Shown: positions 1 through 9,918, counted from the stretch's first letter. The stretch: 64,000 nt of DNA from Lachnospiraceae bacterium (GCA_015057615.1 SVEA01000031.1:11432-75431); one strand, 5' to 3'. Numbers and translations are program-made. Notes: a model not told the origin generated them from the sequence alone.

Positions 1-342
1 ACGACAGAGCATCCAGAGGAAGCGGCTCTGTTGATAAACTTCCTATTAAATGAGGATACCGGTGCCGAGATTATGGCTTCCGAAAGAGGTATTCCGTTAA
101 GCAAGAACGGCTTAAAGGTATGTATGGATAAGGGACTCCTGAATGCTACCGTTGCGGAAGCAAACAGCAGAGTATTATCCTGGGTACAATTTCCGCTGGA
201 TCCGAAATTCGAGTCGGCTGAGCTGAAGAGCTCGGACGGTATCTATTATGATGCGATGGCAGGCTTAAGCTATGGTGATTATACGATTGAAGAGGCAACT
301 GATGTATTGATAGATGGAATAAATGGGGTTTTAGCAAAGTAA
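1..342 (+). CDS. C-terminal part of a carbohydrate ABC transporter substrate-binding protein (5' end outside window)
   Basis: Frame ends TAA at 342; SBP-like C-terminus (ASERGIP...TIEEATDVLIDGINGVL); followed by GH105 and two sugar permeases. Confidence 0.75.
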   Translation, partial: TTEHPEEAALLINFLLNEDTGAEIMASERGIPLSKNGLKVCMDKGLLNATVAEANSRVLSWVQFPLDPKFESAELKSSDGIYYDAMAGLSYGDYTIEEATDVLIDGINGVLAK

Positions 343-361
343 AGCAATTCTATTTTCCTTT

Positions 362-400
362 ATGACTGGCTCAAAGGGGACTTCCTTTTGGGCTAGTCAT
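362..400 (+). terminator. Intergenic hairpin after SBP gene (partial terminator or mRNA stabiliser)
   Basis: ATGACTGGCTCAAAGGG / CCTTTTGGGCTAGTCAT inverted repeat with G-T wobbles. Confidence 0.6.
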
Positions 401-468
401 GAGATAAGGAATTTAAAATACGGAGATATTTATGACAATCATTCACAGAACAGTCTAGGAGAAACATT

Positions 469-1581
469 ATGAAGATGGAAAACGTTCCTTTGTTTATTAA
501 GAATTATCTGGATCAGTACCACAACTTTAAAGATTACTGGAATTATGAGGATGGATGCGTTCTCATAGGATGCGTTCAGTTATATAAGGTGTCAAAAGAT
601 ACTTATTTTAAAAGTTTTATCCTTCGTTATATGGAGGATTTTATCCGTCCGGATGGCGGAATTAACGGTTATAACCGGGAAGAGTATAATATCGATAGCA
701 TCAATGCGGGTAAGGTTCTTTTTTTTCTGTATGAAGAGACAGGAGAAGAAAAATATCGTCTTGCAATCGATACCTTAATGCAGCAGCTGGCAGCCCATCC
801 ACGAACCAAGTGTGGGAACTTCTGGCATAAAAACAGATATCCGAATCAGATTTGGCTGGATGGTCTTTATATGGCACAACCATTTTATATGGCTAATGAA
901 ACGCAGTTTAATCAAAAGCAGGGTTATTATGATATTCTAAAACAGTTTGAAAATGTCCGAAAATATTTATTTAATGAAGAAAAGAAGCTTTACTATCATG
1001 CTTATGATGAAGCTAAGATACAGTATTGGGCAAACAAAGAAACTGGATTATCCCCGAATTTCTGGTTAAGGTCAATGGGGTGGTATCTCATGGCTCTGAT
1101 TGATACCATGGAGGAAATGTCAAAGGAAATTTTTGAGCTTTATAAACGATTGGAAGAATTATTTAAAGAAGCAGTGAAGGGTATTCTACAATACCAGGAA
1201 AAAGAAAGTAAATTATTTTATCAAGTAATTGATAAAGCTGAGATAGATGGGAACTATTTAGAAACCTCCGGTTCTGCTATGATCGCATATGCACTCCTAA
1301 AAGCATGCAGAAATGGGGTACTTCTTAAAGAAAAATATCAGCCGGTCGGCGAAGAGATCCTCACACAGCTTGCAAAGCTTAAGCTTGTAGAGAAGGATGG
1401 CAAAATCCAGTTAAGCGGAATCTGCTCGGTTGCCGGATTGGGGCCTGGAAAAGACCGGGACGGAAGTGCCTTTTACTATTTGTCCGAGAAGGTAGTGTGC
1501 AATGATCCGAAGGGCGTGGGGCCTTTTATGATGGCGTATGCCCAGTGGCTGATGTTACGGGCAAGAAATGTATCATGTTAA
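469..1581 (+). CDS. GH105 unsaturated rhamnogalacturonyl/glucuronyl hydrolase (YteR/YesR-like)
   Basis: WNYEDG, YNIDSINAGK, IWLDGLYMAQPF, FWLRSMGW, ETSGSAM motifs; no signal peptide; RBS AGGAG. Confidence 0.92.
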   Translation: MKMENVPLFIKNYLDQYHNFKDYWNYEDGCVLIGCVQLYKVSKDTYFKSFILRYMEDFIRPDGGINGYNREEYNIDSINAGKVLFFLYEETGEEKYRLAIDTLMQQLAAHPRTKCGNFWHKNRYPNQIWLDGLYMAQPFYMANETQFNQKQGYYDILKQFENVRKYLFNEEKKLYYHAYDEAKIQYWANKETGLSPNFWLRSMGWYLMALIDTMEEMSKEIFELYKRLEELFKEAVKGILQYQEKESKLFYQVIDKAEIDGNYLETSGSAMIAYALLKACRNGVLLKEKYQPVGEEILTQLAKLKLVEKDGKIQLSGICSVAGLGPGKDRDGSAFYYLSEKVVCNDPKGVGPFMMAYAQWLMLRARNVSC

Positions 1582-1643
1582 GAAAAGAGGTTAGTGCGAA
1601 GAAAAAAACATCTTCGCACGGGAAGAAAGGAGTGGATATTAAT

Positions 1644-2582
1644 ATGGCAAAGAAGACAGGTTCTGCAACCGTCCAAGCTCGTCCTGACGGATATGGACTT
1701 AAAAAAACATTAAAAAGAAATATCGGATTTTTCTTCATCTTACCATGGCTTGTAGGATTTTTGATTTTCCGGTTATACCCTTTCATTTCCTCCTTGATTT
1801 ATAGCTTTACGGATTTCCAGCTGTTTGATGGGGTAACCAAGGTCGGGTTTATGAACTATGAGGAAATCTTTACTTCCAAGAAAATCATGAAGGCATTCGG
1901 TGTGACCTTCAAATATGCTTTTATCACCGTACCTTTAAAATTAATTATTTCTTTATTTATCGCCTACATATTAAACTTTAAAATAAAAGGGGTCAATCTG
2001 TTCCGAACCGCTTACTATATCCCGTCCATACTGGGAGGCTCGGTGGCAATTGCGGTACTTTGGAAGGCGGTCTTTCGGGATGATGGTTTACTCAATACCG
2101 TTCTCGCATTTGTCGGGGTAAAGGGGCCGCAATGGCTCAGTGATCCCTCCTATGCCTTATTTATCATATGCTTATTGCGGGTCTGGCAATTTGGTTCCGC
2201 TATGGTGATTTTTCTGGCAGCCCTTAAAGGCGTTCCGCTAGACCTGTATGAAGCGGCTGCGATCGATGGTGCCGGCAAGGTAAGACGGTTTTTCAGTATT
2301 ACGCTGCCTTTAATTACACCGGTAGTATTCTACAACATGGTTACTCAGCTTTGCCAGGCATTCCAGGAATTTAATGGGCCGTATATCATTACCCAGGGAG
2401 GACCGAGAAATTCCACGACCCTGATTTCACTGTTGATCTATAACAGTGCATTTCGGACCTATGAGATGGGAATGGCAAGCGCGATGGCATGGCTGATGTT
2501 TATTGTTCTTACGGTATTTACAGCGATCGCATTCATTAGTCAGAAGTACTGGGTATATTACTCAGATGACGAGGGGAGGTAG
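1644..2582 (+). CDS. Carbohydrate ABC transporter permease
   Basis: EAA motif (LYEAAAIDGAGKVRRFFSITLP), multiple TM segments; start moved to ATG 1644 after AAAGGAG. Confidence 0.92.
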   Translation: MAKKTGSATVQARPDGYGLKKTLKRNIGFFFILPWLVGFLIFRLYPFISSLIYSFTDFQLFDGVTKVGFMNYEEIFTSKKIMKAFGVTFKYAFITVPLKLIISLFIAYILNFKIKGVNLFRTAYYIPSILGGSVAIAVLWKAVFRDDGLLNTVLAFVGVKGPQWLSDPSYALFIICLLRVWQFGSAMVIFLAALKGVPLDLYEAAAIDGAGKVRRFFSITLPLITPVVFYNMVTQLCQAFQEFNGPYIITQGGPRNSTTLISLLIYNSAFRTYEMGMASAMAWLMFIVLTVFTAIAFISQKYWVYYSDDEGR

Positions 2583-2588
2583 ACGGCG

Positions 2589-3446
2589 ATGTTATATGGA
2601 AAAAAGCGTGTTGCCAATACAATCATCCGGTATGTGATTCTGATCGTTGTAGGGATTATTATGATCTATCCTCTGCTGTGGATGGTCAGCGCAACCTTTA
2701 AATCGAATAACGAAATCTTCAGCGGAATTGGACTGATACCCAAAAAGGTTACCTTTGACGGATATAAAAATGCAATGAAGAGCTATGGCGGAGACATCAA
2801 TATATTTAAAGCAATGCGAAATACCTATTCCTACGTTATCCCCAAGGTGGTCTTTACCGTAATTTCCTCCGTAGTGACGGCATATGGCTTCAGCAGGTTT
2901 GAGTTTAAGGGGAGAAATTTTCTGTTCGCAGTATTGATTTCAACCTTATTTTTACCGCAGGTTGTATTAAACGTACCACAATATGTACTATATAATCAGT
3001 TTGGCTGGATCGATTCAAAATATTACCTTCCGCTGATTGTGCCTACCCTGTTTGCCTCCGAGACCTATTTTGTATTCATGCTAATTCAGTTCATGCGGAA
3101 TATCTCCAGGGAAATGGAGGAGGCGGCGCAAATTGACGGATGCAATACCCTGCAGATCTTAATCCGGATTATCTGCCCGATGCTAAAACCGGCAATGGTG
3201 TCCTGTGCGCTGTTCCAATTCATGTGGTCATCCAATGACTTTATGGGACCGTTATTGTATGTAAAGACACCGGCAAGGTATCCAGCTGCCATCTTTGTTA
3301 AATTGTCCATGGATGCAGACACCGGATTTGATTGGAACCGCGTTCTGGCAGTATCCTTAATTTCAATCCTTCCATCCCTTGTAGTATTCTTCCTCTCCCA
3401 GAACAGCTTTGTGGAAGGAATTACGGCGGGAAGCGTGAAGGGATGA
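2589..3446 (+). CDS. Carbohydrate ABC transporter permease
   Basis: EAA motif (MEEAAQIDGC), C-terminal FVEGITAGSVKG. Confidence 0.92.
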   Translation: MLYGKKRVANTIIRYVILIVVGIIMIYPLLWMVSATFKSNNEIFSGIGLIPKKVTFDGYKNAMKSYGGDINIFKAMRNTYSYVIPKVVFTVISSVVTAYGFSRFEFKGRNFLFAVLISTLFLPQVVLNVPQYVLYNQFGWIDSKYYLPLIVPTLFASETYFVFMLIQFMRNISREMEEAAQIDGCNTLQILIRIICPMLKPAMVSCALFQFMWSSNDFMGPLLYVKTPARYPAAIFVKLSMDADTGFDWNRVLAVSLISILPSLVVFFLSQNSFVEGITAGSVKG

Positions 3447-3529
3447 GGGACGGAGTTTGGCATTGAAATCTTAGTTGAAAGTTATGCGGAACCAAAAAGA
3501 TTGGTATAGAACGGAAAGGGCAGGTACCT

Positions 3530-5116
3530 ATGGAGATCCGGCTGTTGTTTAAATCGGCAAGAAGTGCAGTAATTGAAATCGATGAGGGGGGAATCTATCA
3601 TACAAGGGAATCTTATATGATTATGGTCAATGGGGAGACTTATGTACATACATGCAGGGTGATTACTTCGCTTTGGGGATTAAAGCCGGATAGTATCTAT
3701 CATATTCAGGTGCAAGGCAACTCAGGTGATAGGAAGGAATTGAAGTTTCGGACAGAGAGGGAGTTTGTTACTCTGGATGTCCGGGAGTTTGGCGCAAAGG
3801 GAGACGGAAAGCGGGATGACACACTGCCGATCCAAGCGGCTATCATGGCATGCCCGAAGGATGGAAGAGTTCTGATACCAAAGGGAACCTATCGGGTCAC
3901 AAGCATTTTCTTAAAGAGCGATCTACGTCTGGAGCTTGCGAAGAATGCCGTTCTGCTTGCCGAGACTATCCGCAGCAGGTATCCGGTATTCCCTGGATTA
4001 ATCGAAAGCTATGATGAGACAGGGGAATATAATCTTGGTACCTGGGAGGGAAATCCGCTTCCCATGTTTACTGGAATCATAACCGGAATCAATGTGGAGA
4101 ATGTGCTGCTTTATGGGGAAGGAACGGTTGACGGAAGGGCAGGAGAAGGGGATTGGTGGGAGAATCCGAAGATCATGCGGGGGGCCTTCCGACCAAGACT
4201 TCTTTTCCTAAACAAATGTAGTAATATCACAGTGCAGGGGATTCATTGGAAGAATAGTCCGGCATGGACAATCCACCCGTATTTTAGCACCAATTTAACA
4301 TTTCTGGATCTGGATATCAATAATCCGGCGGATTCACCGAATACGGACGGTTTAAATCCGGAGTCCTGTAAGAGTGTTAAAATTACAGGCACTAAGTTTT
4401 CACTGGGGGATGACTGTATTGCAATTAAATCAGGCAAGATCTATATGGGTAGAAAATACAAAGTACCATGTGAAAATATTGAAATCCGCCAGTGCTACAT
4501 GGAGAGAGGGCATGGAGCGGTAACCATAGGAAGTGAGATGGCAGCAGGGGTCTATCAAGTTCTGGTAAAGGACTGCATCTTTCAATCAACCGACCGGGGT
4601 TTACGGATCAAGACTCGCAGGGGCAGGGGCAAAGATGCCATCATTGATGGCATTGTCTTTGATCATATCCACATGAAGGAGGTCAAGACACCATTTGTAG
4701 TCAATTGCTTCTACTTCTGTGATCCGGATGGGAAGACAAGATATGTTCAGTCAAAGGAAACGTACCCGGTGGATGACCGGACACCAAGCATAAAAAAGCT
4801 GACCTTTACCAATATAATCTGCGAGGACTGCCATGTGGCAGCTGCATATTTCTACGGGCTGCCGGAACAGAAAATCGAAGAGGTGATTCTGGATCATGTT
4901 ACGGTCACCTATGAAATACAGCCGGAGCCGGATGTACCCGCGATGACATGCGGTATCAAGCCCCGCATTAAGCAGGGAATATTTGCAGCGAATATAAAGA
5001 AGCTTTTCTTACGGGAGGTAAACATCCGCGGACAGATCGGAGAGGCATTGATATTACAACAGATCGACCAGGTGGACCGAGCGGGTTTTTGCCATAAGCG
5101 TGAAACAAAACTTTGA
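3530..5116 (+). CDS. GH28 (exo-)polygalacturonase with N-terminal FN3-like module
   Basis: SPNTDG, GDDCIAIKSGK, GHG, RIK catalytic motifs; GAKGDG start of beta-helix; N-terminal GLKPDSIY FN3-like segment; no signal peptide. Confidence 0.92.
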   Translation: MEIRLLFKSARSAVIEIDEGGIYHTRESYMIMVNGETYVHTCRVITSLWGLKPDSIYHIQVQGNSGDRKELKFRTEREFVTLDVREFGAKGDGKRDDTLPIQAAIMACPKDGRVLIPKGTYRVTSIFLKSDLRLELAKNAVLLAETIRSRYPVFPGLIESYDETGEYNLGTWEGNPLPMFTGIITGINVENVLLYGEGTVDGRAGEGDWWENPKIMRGAFRPRLLFLNKCSNITVQGIHWKNSPAWTIHPYFSTNLTFLDLDINNPADSPNTDGLNPESCKSVKITGTKFSLGDDCIAIKSGKIYMGRKYKVPCENIEIRQCYMERGHGAVTIGSEMAAGVYQVLVKDCIFQSTDRGLRIKTRRGRGKDAIIDGIVFDHIHMKEVKTPFVVNCFYFCDPDGKTRYVQSKETYPVDDRTPSIKKLTFTNIICEDCHVAAAYFYGLPEQKIEEVILDHVTVTYEIQPEPDVPAMTCGIKPRIKQGIFAANIKKLFLREVNIRGQIGEALILQQIDQVDRAGFCHKRETKL

Positions 5117-5222
5117 TCGGTGAAGTAATTTGCAGGTTTAATCATTGAATGATATATTAATAAAACCAGAGTAAAGGAAACAAAACAAGAGGAAACAACA
5201 TTAGAGTGAGATAGAGTAGATG

Positions 5223-5447
5223 GAGCAAGAGAAACCAGAGAAAGAGGGATCAGAGCAAAAGGAAATAGAGAAAGTGGAACCAGAGAAAGAGGAATCAGAG
5301 TAAGTGGAATTAGAGAAACAGGAATCGGAGCAAGAGAAACCAGAACAAGAGGGATCAGAGCAAAAGGAAATAGAGAAAGTGGAACCAGAGAAAGAGGAAT
5401 CCAAGTAAGAAGAATCAGAGCAAGAGGAACCAGAGCAAGCGAAAGGA
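5223..5447. repeat. Intergenic tandem array of 15 x 15-bp purine-rich units with a 105-bp (7-unit) higher-order duplication
   Basis: Units GAGCAAGAGAAACCA, GAGAAAGAGGGATCA, GAGCAAAAGGAAATA, GAGAAAGTGGAACCA...; units 1-5 recur nearly verbatim from 5328. Confidence 0.9.
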
Positions 5448-5457
5448 CGGAGAATTG

Positions 5458-6318
5458 ATGCAGATAGGAATTCGATTACACGATACCAAGCCGGTATCAT
5501 TGGAAAACAGGTTACAGATTGTGAAAGAGCAGGGATTTACCTGTGCGCATGTGGCTTTATCGAAGGTGATTAAAGAATTTCCGGTAGATAGCGGTGCATT
5601 GACACCGGGACTTGCCATGTATTTGAAAAAATTATTTCATGATAAGGGAGTGGACTTAGCTGTACTTGGGTGCTACTTAAACCTGGCGCATCCGGATCCT
5701 GCTCAGCTTGATAAAATTAGGAAGACCTATCTTGCGCATATCCGTTTTGCATCAATTCTAGGCTGCGGGGTGGTCGGAACGGAGACGGGAGCCCCGAATG
5801 CGGAATATAAATTTGAACCTGCCTGCCGAAGCGAGGAAGCATTGAGATTATTTATTGAAAATCTACACCCGGTGGTTGCCTATGCGCAAACCATGGGGGT
5901 TATCCTGGCGATAGAACCGGTGTGTAACCATATCGTTTATGATGCACGAAGAGCGAAGCAGGTACTTGAGGAAATCGCATCCCCCAATCTACAGATTATC
6001 CTGGATCCGGTAAATTTACTTGGATTGCATAATTATAAGGATCGGGCGGAAGTGATAGAAGAAGCCATTGACCTTCTGGGAGATGATGTGGCAGTAATTC
6101 ATATGAAGGATTTTATCATTCGGGATAATTCCCTGGTCTCGGTTGCTGCGGGATCCGGTGAATTGGATTATAAACCGATCATTGATTTTATCCATGAAAG
6201 AAAGCCCTTCATCCATTGTACTCTGGAGGATACCACTCCGGAAAATGCAGTAACGGCAAGAGAATATATCGAAAATATGTATCGAAATGTTACTATGCAC
6301 AGCCATTTTGTGTCATAA
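5458..6318 (+). CDS. Sugar phosphate isomerase/epimerase (AP endonuclease 2 TIM barrel)
   Basis: ILAIEP, ILDPVN, IHMKD, TLE metal-binding motifs. Confidence 0.85.
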   Translation: MQIGIRLHDTKPVSLENRLQIVKEQGFTCAHVALSKVIKEFPVDSGALTPGLAMYLKKLFHDKGVDLAVLGCYLNLAHPDPAQLDKIRKTYLAHIRFASILGCGVVGTETGAPNAEYKFEPACRSEEALRLFIENLHPVVAYAQTMGVILAIEPVCNHIVYDARRAKQVLEEIASPNLQIILDPVNLLGLHNYKDRAEVIEEAIDLLGDDVAVIHMKDFIIRDNSLVSVAAGSGELDYKPIIDFIHERKPFIHCTLEDTTPENAVTAREYIENMYRNVTMHSHFVS

Positions 6319-6667
6319 ACAACGTTCCAGCCCCAAATACTCTTTAACCCTTAACTATATTTATCATATCTTCAAATGCTAAAACTCCTTGAGGTTCCTT
6401 GAAAGATTAGTGTTTTTTAGCATTTTTCTGTTGTGTCTGTAATCGTTATGTGACATACTATACGCATGATATGAGGTGGTTTTTGTGGGAATTATTTATC
6501 AAAAAGACAATAAGTCCGACCAATACTCAAGCTGAAGGGGAATATCAAATGCCAAAAACAATGAAGGAAATGTGTTCCAAGATTCTTCGCCTATGGAGGA
6601 AAATTCTCTTTTCACTTTTATCACACAGCAGTATAAAATATAAGAATTAAATATACAGGAGGTTAAA

Positions 6668-7201
6668 ATGCAACAATATCAATTCGAAAAAATCTACTCT
6701 CTTATGGGACGAGAATTTGGAAAAATAAAATCTGGACAAGAAGAGGCTCATGCACTGATGTTAATGCCTATAGAAAGCAATGCACTTAGAATTCATCGTA
6801 TGTATCCTACCTCTAATAGCAGAAGACTTCGAGAAGCTATTGCCTTAGCTCTTTTCGACATTAAAGAACGATATTCCGGCGATAAGATTAATCTTGATTC
6901 CTTTCGAGATGATGATAACGCTCGGCTCGAAGAGGCAGTGCTTATGGCTTTTGATCCATTTACTAACGAAGAAGTGAAAGAAATAGTTTCGAGTCAAAGC
7001 ACTCTGGATATTACGAATAAAACCATGCTTCATGATTATTATGCAGAACCCATCCGTTGTCTCTTACGGATAAAAGATTCCATTGACACCTGGGAGAAGC
7101 AAATGGGTTCCAACGGATACTTTGATTACATTGAACAATTCATGGGAGCCGAGATTAAAGGTAATGAAATGAAGTTTTCCATCTTAGCATCAGTGCAATA
7201 A
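6668..7201 (+). CDS. Hypothetical protein (177 aa)
   Basis: Clean ORF with RBS AGGAGG, followed by a terminator; no recognisable motif. Confidence 0.7.
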   Translation: MQQYQFEKIYSLMGREFGKIKSGQEEAHALMLMPIESNALRIHRMYPTSNSRRLREAIALALFDIKERYSGDKINLDSFRDDDNARLEEAVLMAFDPFTNEEVKEIVSSQSTLDITNKTMLHDYYAEPIRCLLRIKDSIDTWEKQMGSNGYFDYIEQFMGAEIKGNEMKFSILASVQ

Positions 7202-7207
7202 CGCTAT

Positions 7208-7253
7208 AAAAAGAGCCTACTTAATTTTTATAAAACAGAGTAAGCTCTTTTTT
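7208..7253. terminator. Bidirectional intrinsic terminator
   Basis: AAAAAGAGCCTACT...AGTAAGCTCTTTTTT between convergent genes. Confidence 0.7.
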
Positions 7254-7300
7254 CATGTATTAATTGCTTAGCCGGAAAATGTATCTGGCTGCTCACAGTA

Positions 7301-7885
7301 TTACAATCTGGAGTTTGCGGCTCTTACTTTAACCTTTGCATTTGCGGGAATGGTAATAATTCGCTGCAGAGGCTTCCATATGATTACAGCAATACCAAAG
7401 TCGATCATGCTGTGAATTATGGAACCAAGCCCCACCAGACCAAGCACGGAGAAGAGGTAACCTTTCTCCTCGTAGGCGGTCATGCTGCCTCCCCAATAAT
7501 AGAAGGTAACGACTGCTACCTCCGCGATTGCATGAATTAGGGCAATGATAAAGGAATATATCCCGGTGCTTTTTACGGAAAGAAGAATATTGTTATTCTT
7601 CTTTAATATAAAAGCGCCAAGGGAAGCAAATATGACATGCGTAAGTGCTCTTAATACAATTATTATGGGTGTACCGGATACTAAAAATCCTAGACTGGTT
7701 AAAAGGGCTACCGAAATTGCAACGGATGGTGAAATGAACATGGCAATAAATACGGGTACATGGCTGGCTAGCGTGAAGGAAGCCGGCTCCAAAACAAACT
7801 TTGGAGCAAACATTGGAATAATAATACCGATTGCACAGAGCAATCCGGCAATGGTCATGGTTTTGATTTTAGTTTCCGTTTTCAT
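7301..7885 (-). CDS. niaX: Niacin transporter, NiaX family
   Basis: PASFTLASHVPVFIAMF...IVLRALTHVIF and HSMIDF signature; about 6 TM segments; NiaR-like site upstream. Confidence 0.8.
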   Translation of the reverse strand: MKTETKIKTMTIAGLLCAIGIIIPMFAPKFVLEPASFTLASHVPVFIAMFISPSVAISVALLTSLGFLVSGTPIIIVLRALTHVIFASLGAFILKKNNNILLSVKSTGIYSFIIALIHAIAEVAVVTFYYWGGSMTAYEEKGYLFSVLGLVGLGSIIHSMIDFGIAVIIWKPLQRIITIPANAKVKVRAANSRL

Positions 7886-7934
7886 AGATATCCTACCTTC
7901 CTTTTGGTGTGTTCATATAGAAAACAGCAGTATT

Positions 7935-7957
7935 GATAGCTGTCTTGTCAGCTGTAT
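7935..7957 (-). promoter_or_regulatory. Putative NiaR operator
   Basis: Imperfect palindrome GATAGCTGTCTTGTCAGCTGTAT resembling the NiaR consensus as recalled (TACWRGTGTMTWKACASYTRWAW); abuts the -10 box. Confidence 0.65.
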
Positions 7958-7986
7958 ATTATAAGGTAAAGTTCGCATTTTGTCAA
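7958..7986 (-). promoter_or_regulatory. Sigma-A promoter of niaX
   Basis: On minus strand TTGACA (7986-7981), 17 bp spacer, TATAAT (7963-7958): perfect consensus. Confidence 0.85.
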
Positions 7987-7998
7987 TAGGATTTAATT

Positions 7999-8050
7999 GT
8001 GAAAAGCCAATTTACAAAATTAACTTTGTCAATTGGAACAATTTATGCAA
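7999..8050 (+). repeat. Family B repeat, solo left-end fragment
   Basis: GAAAAGCCAATTTACAAAATTAACTTTGTCAATTGGAACAATTTATGC matches 41667-41720 and 39547-39600. Confidence 0.7.
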
Positions 8051-8225
8051 ATAGAAGAAAGCAAAAAAAGATCAATGATCTTCCAGCATACAGATCGAAA
8101 GACATATCCTTTCTTTTACATGTCATAATCGTTCGAAACGGCTCGATTATTCGTATAAAAAAAGCAGTCTATCGGTGTATTACAGGAAGGTCATTGACCG
8201 GAATAAACATTTGTATTATTAATTT

Positions 8226-8292
8226 GAAGGTCAAAAGCCAATCTATAAAATTAACTTCATTAATTCGCACAATTTATGTATTGCTGAGTAAT
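8226..8292 (+). repeat. Family B repeat, solo left-end fragment
   Basis: GAAGGTCAAAAGCCAATCTATAAAATTAACTTCATTAATTCGCACAATTTATG...AGTAAT matches 41667-41732. Confidence 0.75.
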
Positions 8293-8307
8293 TTAAAACC
8301 TATTTCA

Positions 8308-9744
8308 TTATATATTAACCCGTCCGTCCGAACGGTTGGCATCGATCTTTTCTGTTTCCATATGGAAGCGAATATAATAAGCAGCAAAAAGAGTAACCAA
8401 AAATCCTAAGAAATTAAGTACCTGCTGGGCATAGATCTTGCTTCCGAATAATATCAGGTTTGATTTTTGCAGATGGTCAAGAATGTTTCCTCCGAGGATG
8501 GATACGAAAAATCCCAGCACACCGGATACCGATGAGGTGATGGTCAGCCAGGTCATCCGCTTATCGCTTCGGAAGAAATCCAATTGTATGCCAAAGAGCC
8601 CGATACCTATGAAAGACCATGCGGTTGCGGAAAAGAAGGTACCGATGATCGTCATGAGATAAGCGTTGCCCGGTACGGTCAGTGCCAGGATCAGAAAGTT
8701 AAGACCCAGGCAAAGCAGGGAGTAACGCAGCATTCTCGCCATACCGAACCGGTCAGCCAAACGTCCCAGCTTTGGCGTAATAAAGATTCGATATAAATTT
8801 GCAATAAAAGCAATTACCATAATAAAGGTGTAGGGTAGGGACAAATCTTTGATCTGATAGCTGGAGTTAAACGGTGCGCAGATAAAGAAGGAAAAGGTAT
8901 AGATACACTGGATGGTAAATGCCTTTCGAAATTTCCGATTTCTAAGGGCTTCCTTTATTTCCTGCCAGATACTTAAGCCTTCCGTACTAGCTGCGATTTC
9001 GCTCTGCATGGCTTTTTTTGCCAAGCGGCCGTGCATTTCCTTCCCGTTTTCATTGACATAGGAGACTCTGGGTTCCTTCATGTTCGAAAGACAGATGACA
9101 TTGAGCATAGTTAGTAGAAAGATCATTATACTGATTAGGATAAATCCAGTTACAATATTTTGGTCAGTAAAGAAATCCAGAATGATTCCCGCCAGAAGCA
9201 TCGTGGTTGATACGACAAATACGGCTACGGAATCCTTGATCGAGAAATATTTACCGCGGAGTCGGCTGGGTACCAGGCTTGCGATCCAGTCCTGTGATGC
9301 TGGAAGCCCGATTTGCACAAAAATCTGACCGACAAAATAAAGGAGGACAATGATAATTCCTTTCATAGAGCTGCTGATGGCAAGCAGCGGTATCAGGTAA
9401 ATTACAGAAAAAAGAATTCTCTGCAATGATGTAATACATACTAAAAACTTGTACTTTTTAAGACGTTTGAAAAAGTTAATAAGGAACAGCTGGGAGAGTG
9501 CTGCCAAGCTGACCAAAGAAGAAATGATTCCGATATTTGCATCCGAGATTCCGCAATAGGACATTAACGATGCGAAAAACGTACCGCCGACTAGCTGCGC
9601 TATGGTCTGCGTGGCGGTATCCGCCGTAGTATAGTAAATGCGGCTCCTTTTATAGTCTTCTTTTGTTTCGGGCAGAGCCATATAATAGATCCTTCTTATC
9701 TGACCCATCAGATATCTATGTATATACATTTTATTATTCCGCAT
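8308..9744 (-). CDS. MFS transporter
   Basis: About 12 hydrophobic segments in two halves; GRLADRFG loop motif. Confidence 0.85.
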   Translation of the reverse strand: MRNNKMYIHRYLMGQIRRIYYMALPETKEDYKRSRIYYTTADTATQTIAQLVGGTFFASLMSYCGISDANIGIISSLVSLAALSQLFLINFFKRLKKYKFLVCITSLQRILFSVIYLIPLLAISSSMKGIIIVLLYFVGQIFVQIGLPASQDWIASLVPSRLRGKYFSIKDSVAVFVVSTTMLLAGIILDFFTDQNIVTGFILISIMIFLLTMLNVICLSNMKEPRVSYVNENGKEMHGRLAKKAMQSEIAASTEGLSIWQEIKEALRNRKFRKAFTIQCIYTFSFFICAPFNSSYQIKDLSLPYTFIMVIAFIANLYRIFITPKLGRLADRFGMARMLRYSLLCLGLNFLILALTVPGNAYLMTIIGTFFSATAWSFIGIGLFGIQLDFFRSDKRMTWLTITSSVSGVLGFFVSILGGNILDHLQKSNLILFGSKIYAQQVLNFLGFLVTLFAAYYIRFHMETEKIDANRSDGRVNI

Positions 9745-9918
9745 TACCCTAATACCTCCGTATTAATCAAAGTTCTTCATAGAATTCGAATCTAAGGATT
9801 GCAATTGCCATATCCCTAACATTATAACATGTAGAATACATTCTATGTATAACTTAATACAGGAATATCAATGAAATGTAAAGTTGTTTTTTATGGAAAT
9901 TTTTATCGTATAGGATTT

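Noticed and set aside
5223-5447. CRISPR array or real Ser-rich minus-strand gene (5201-5500)
   Set aside because: No constant repeat with unique spacers and no cas genes; the ORF starts antisense inside the isomerase gene and merely reads the repeat.
7999-8409. 136-aa plus-strand ORF
   Set aside because: Runs through repeat fragments and antisense to the MFS 3' end; no RBS or motif.
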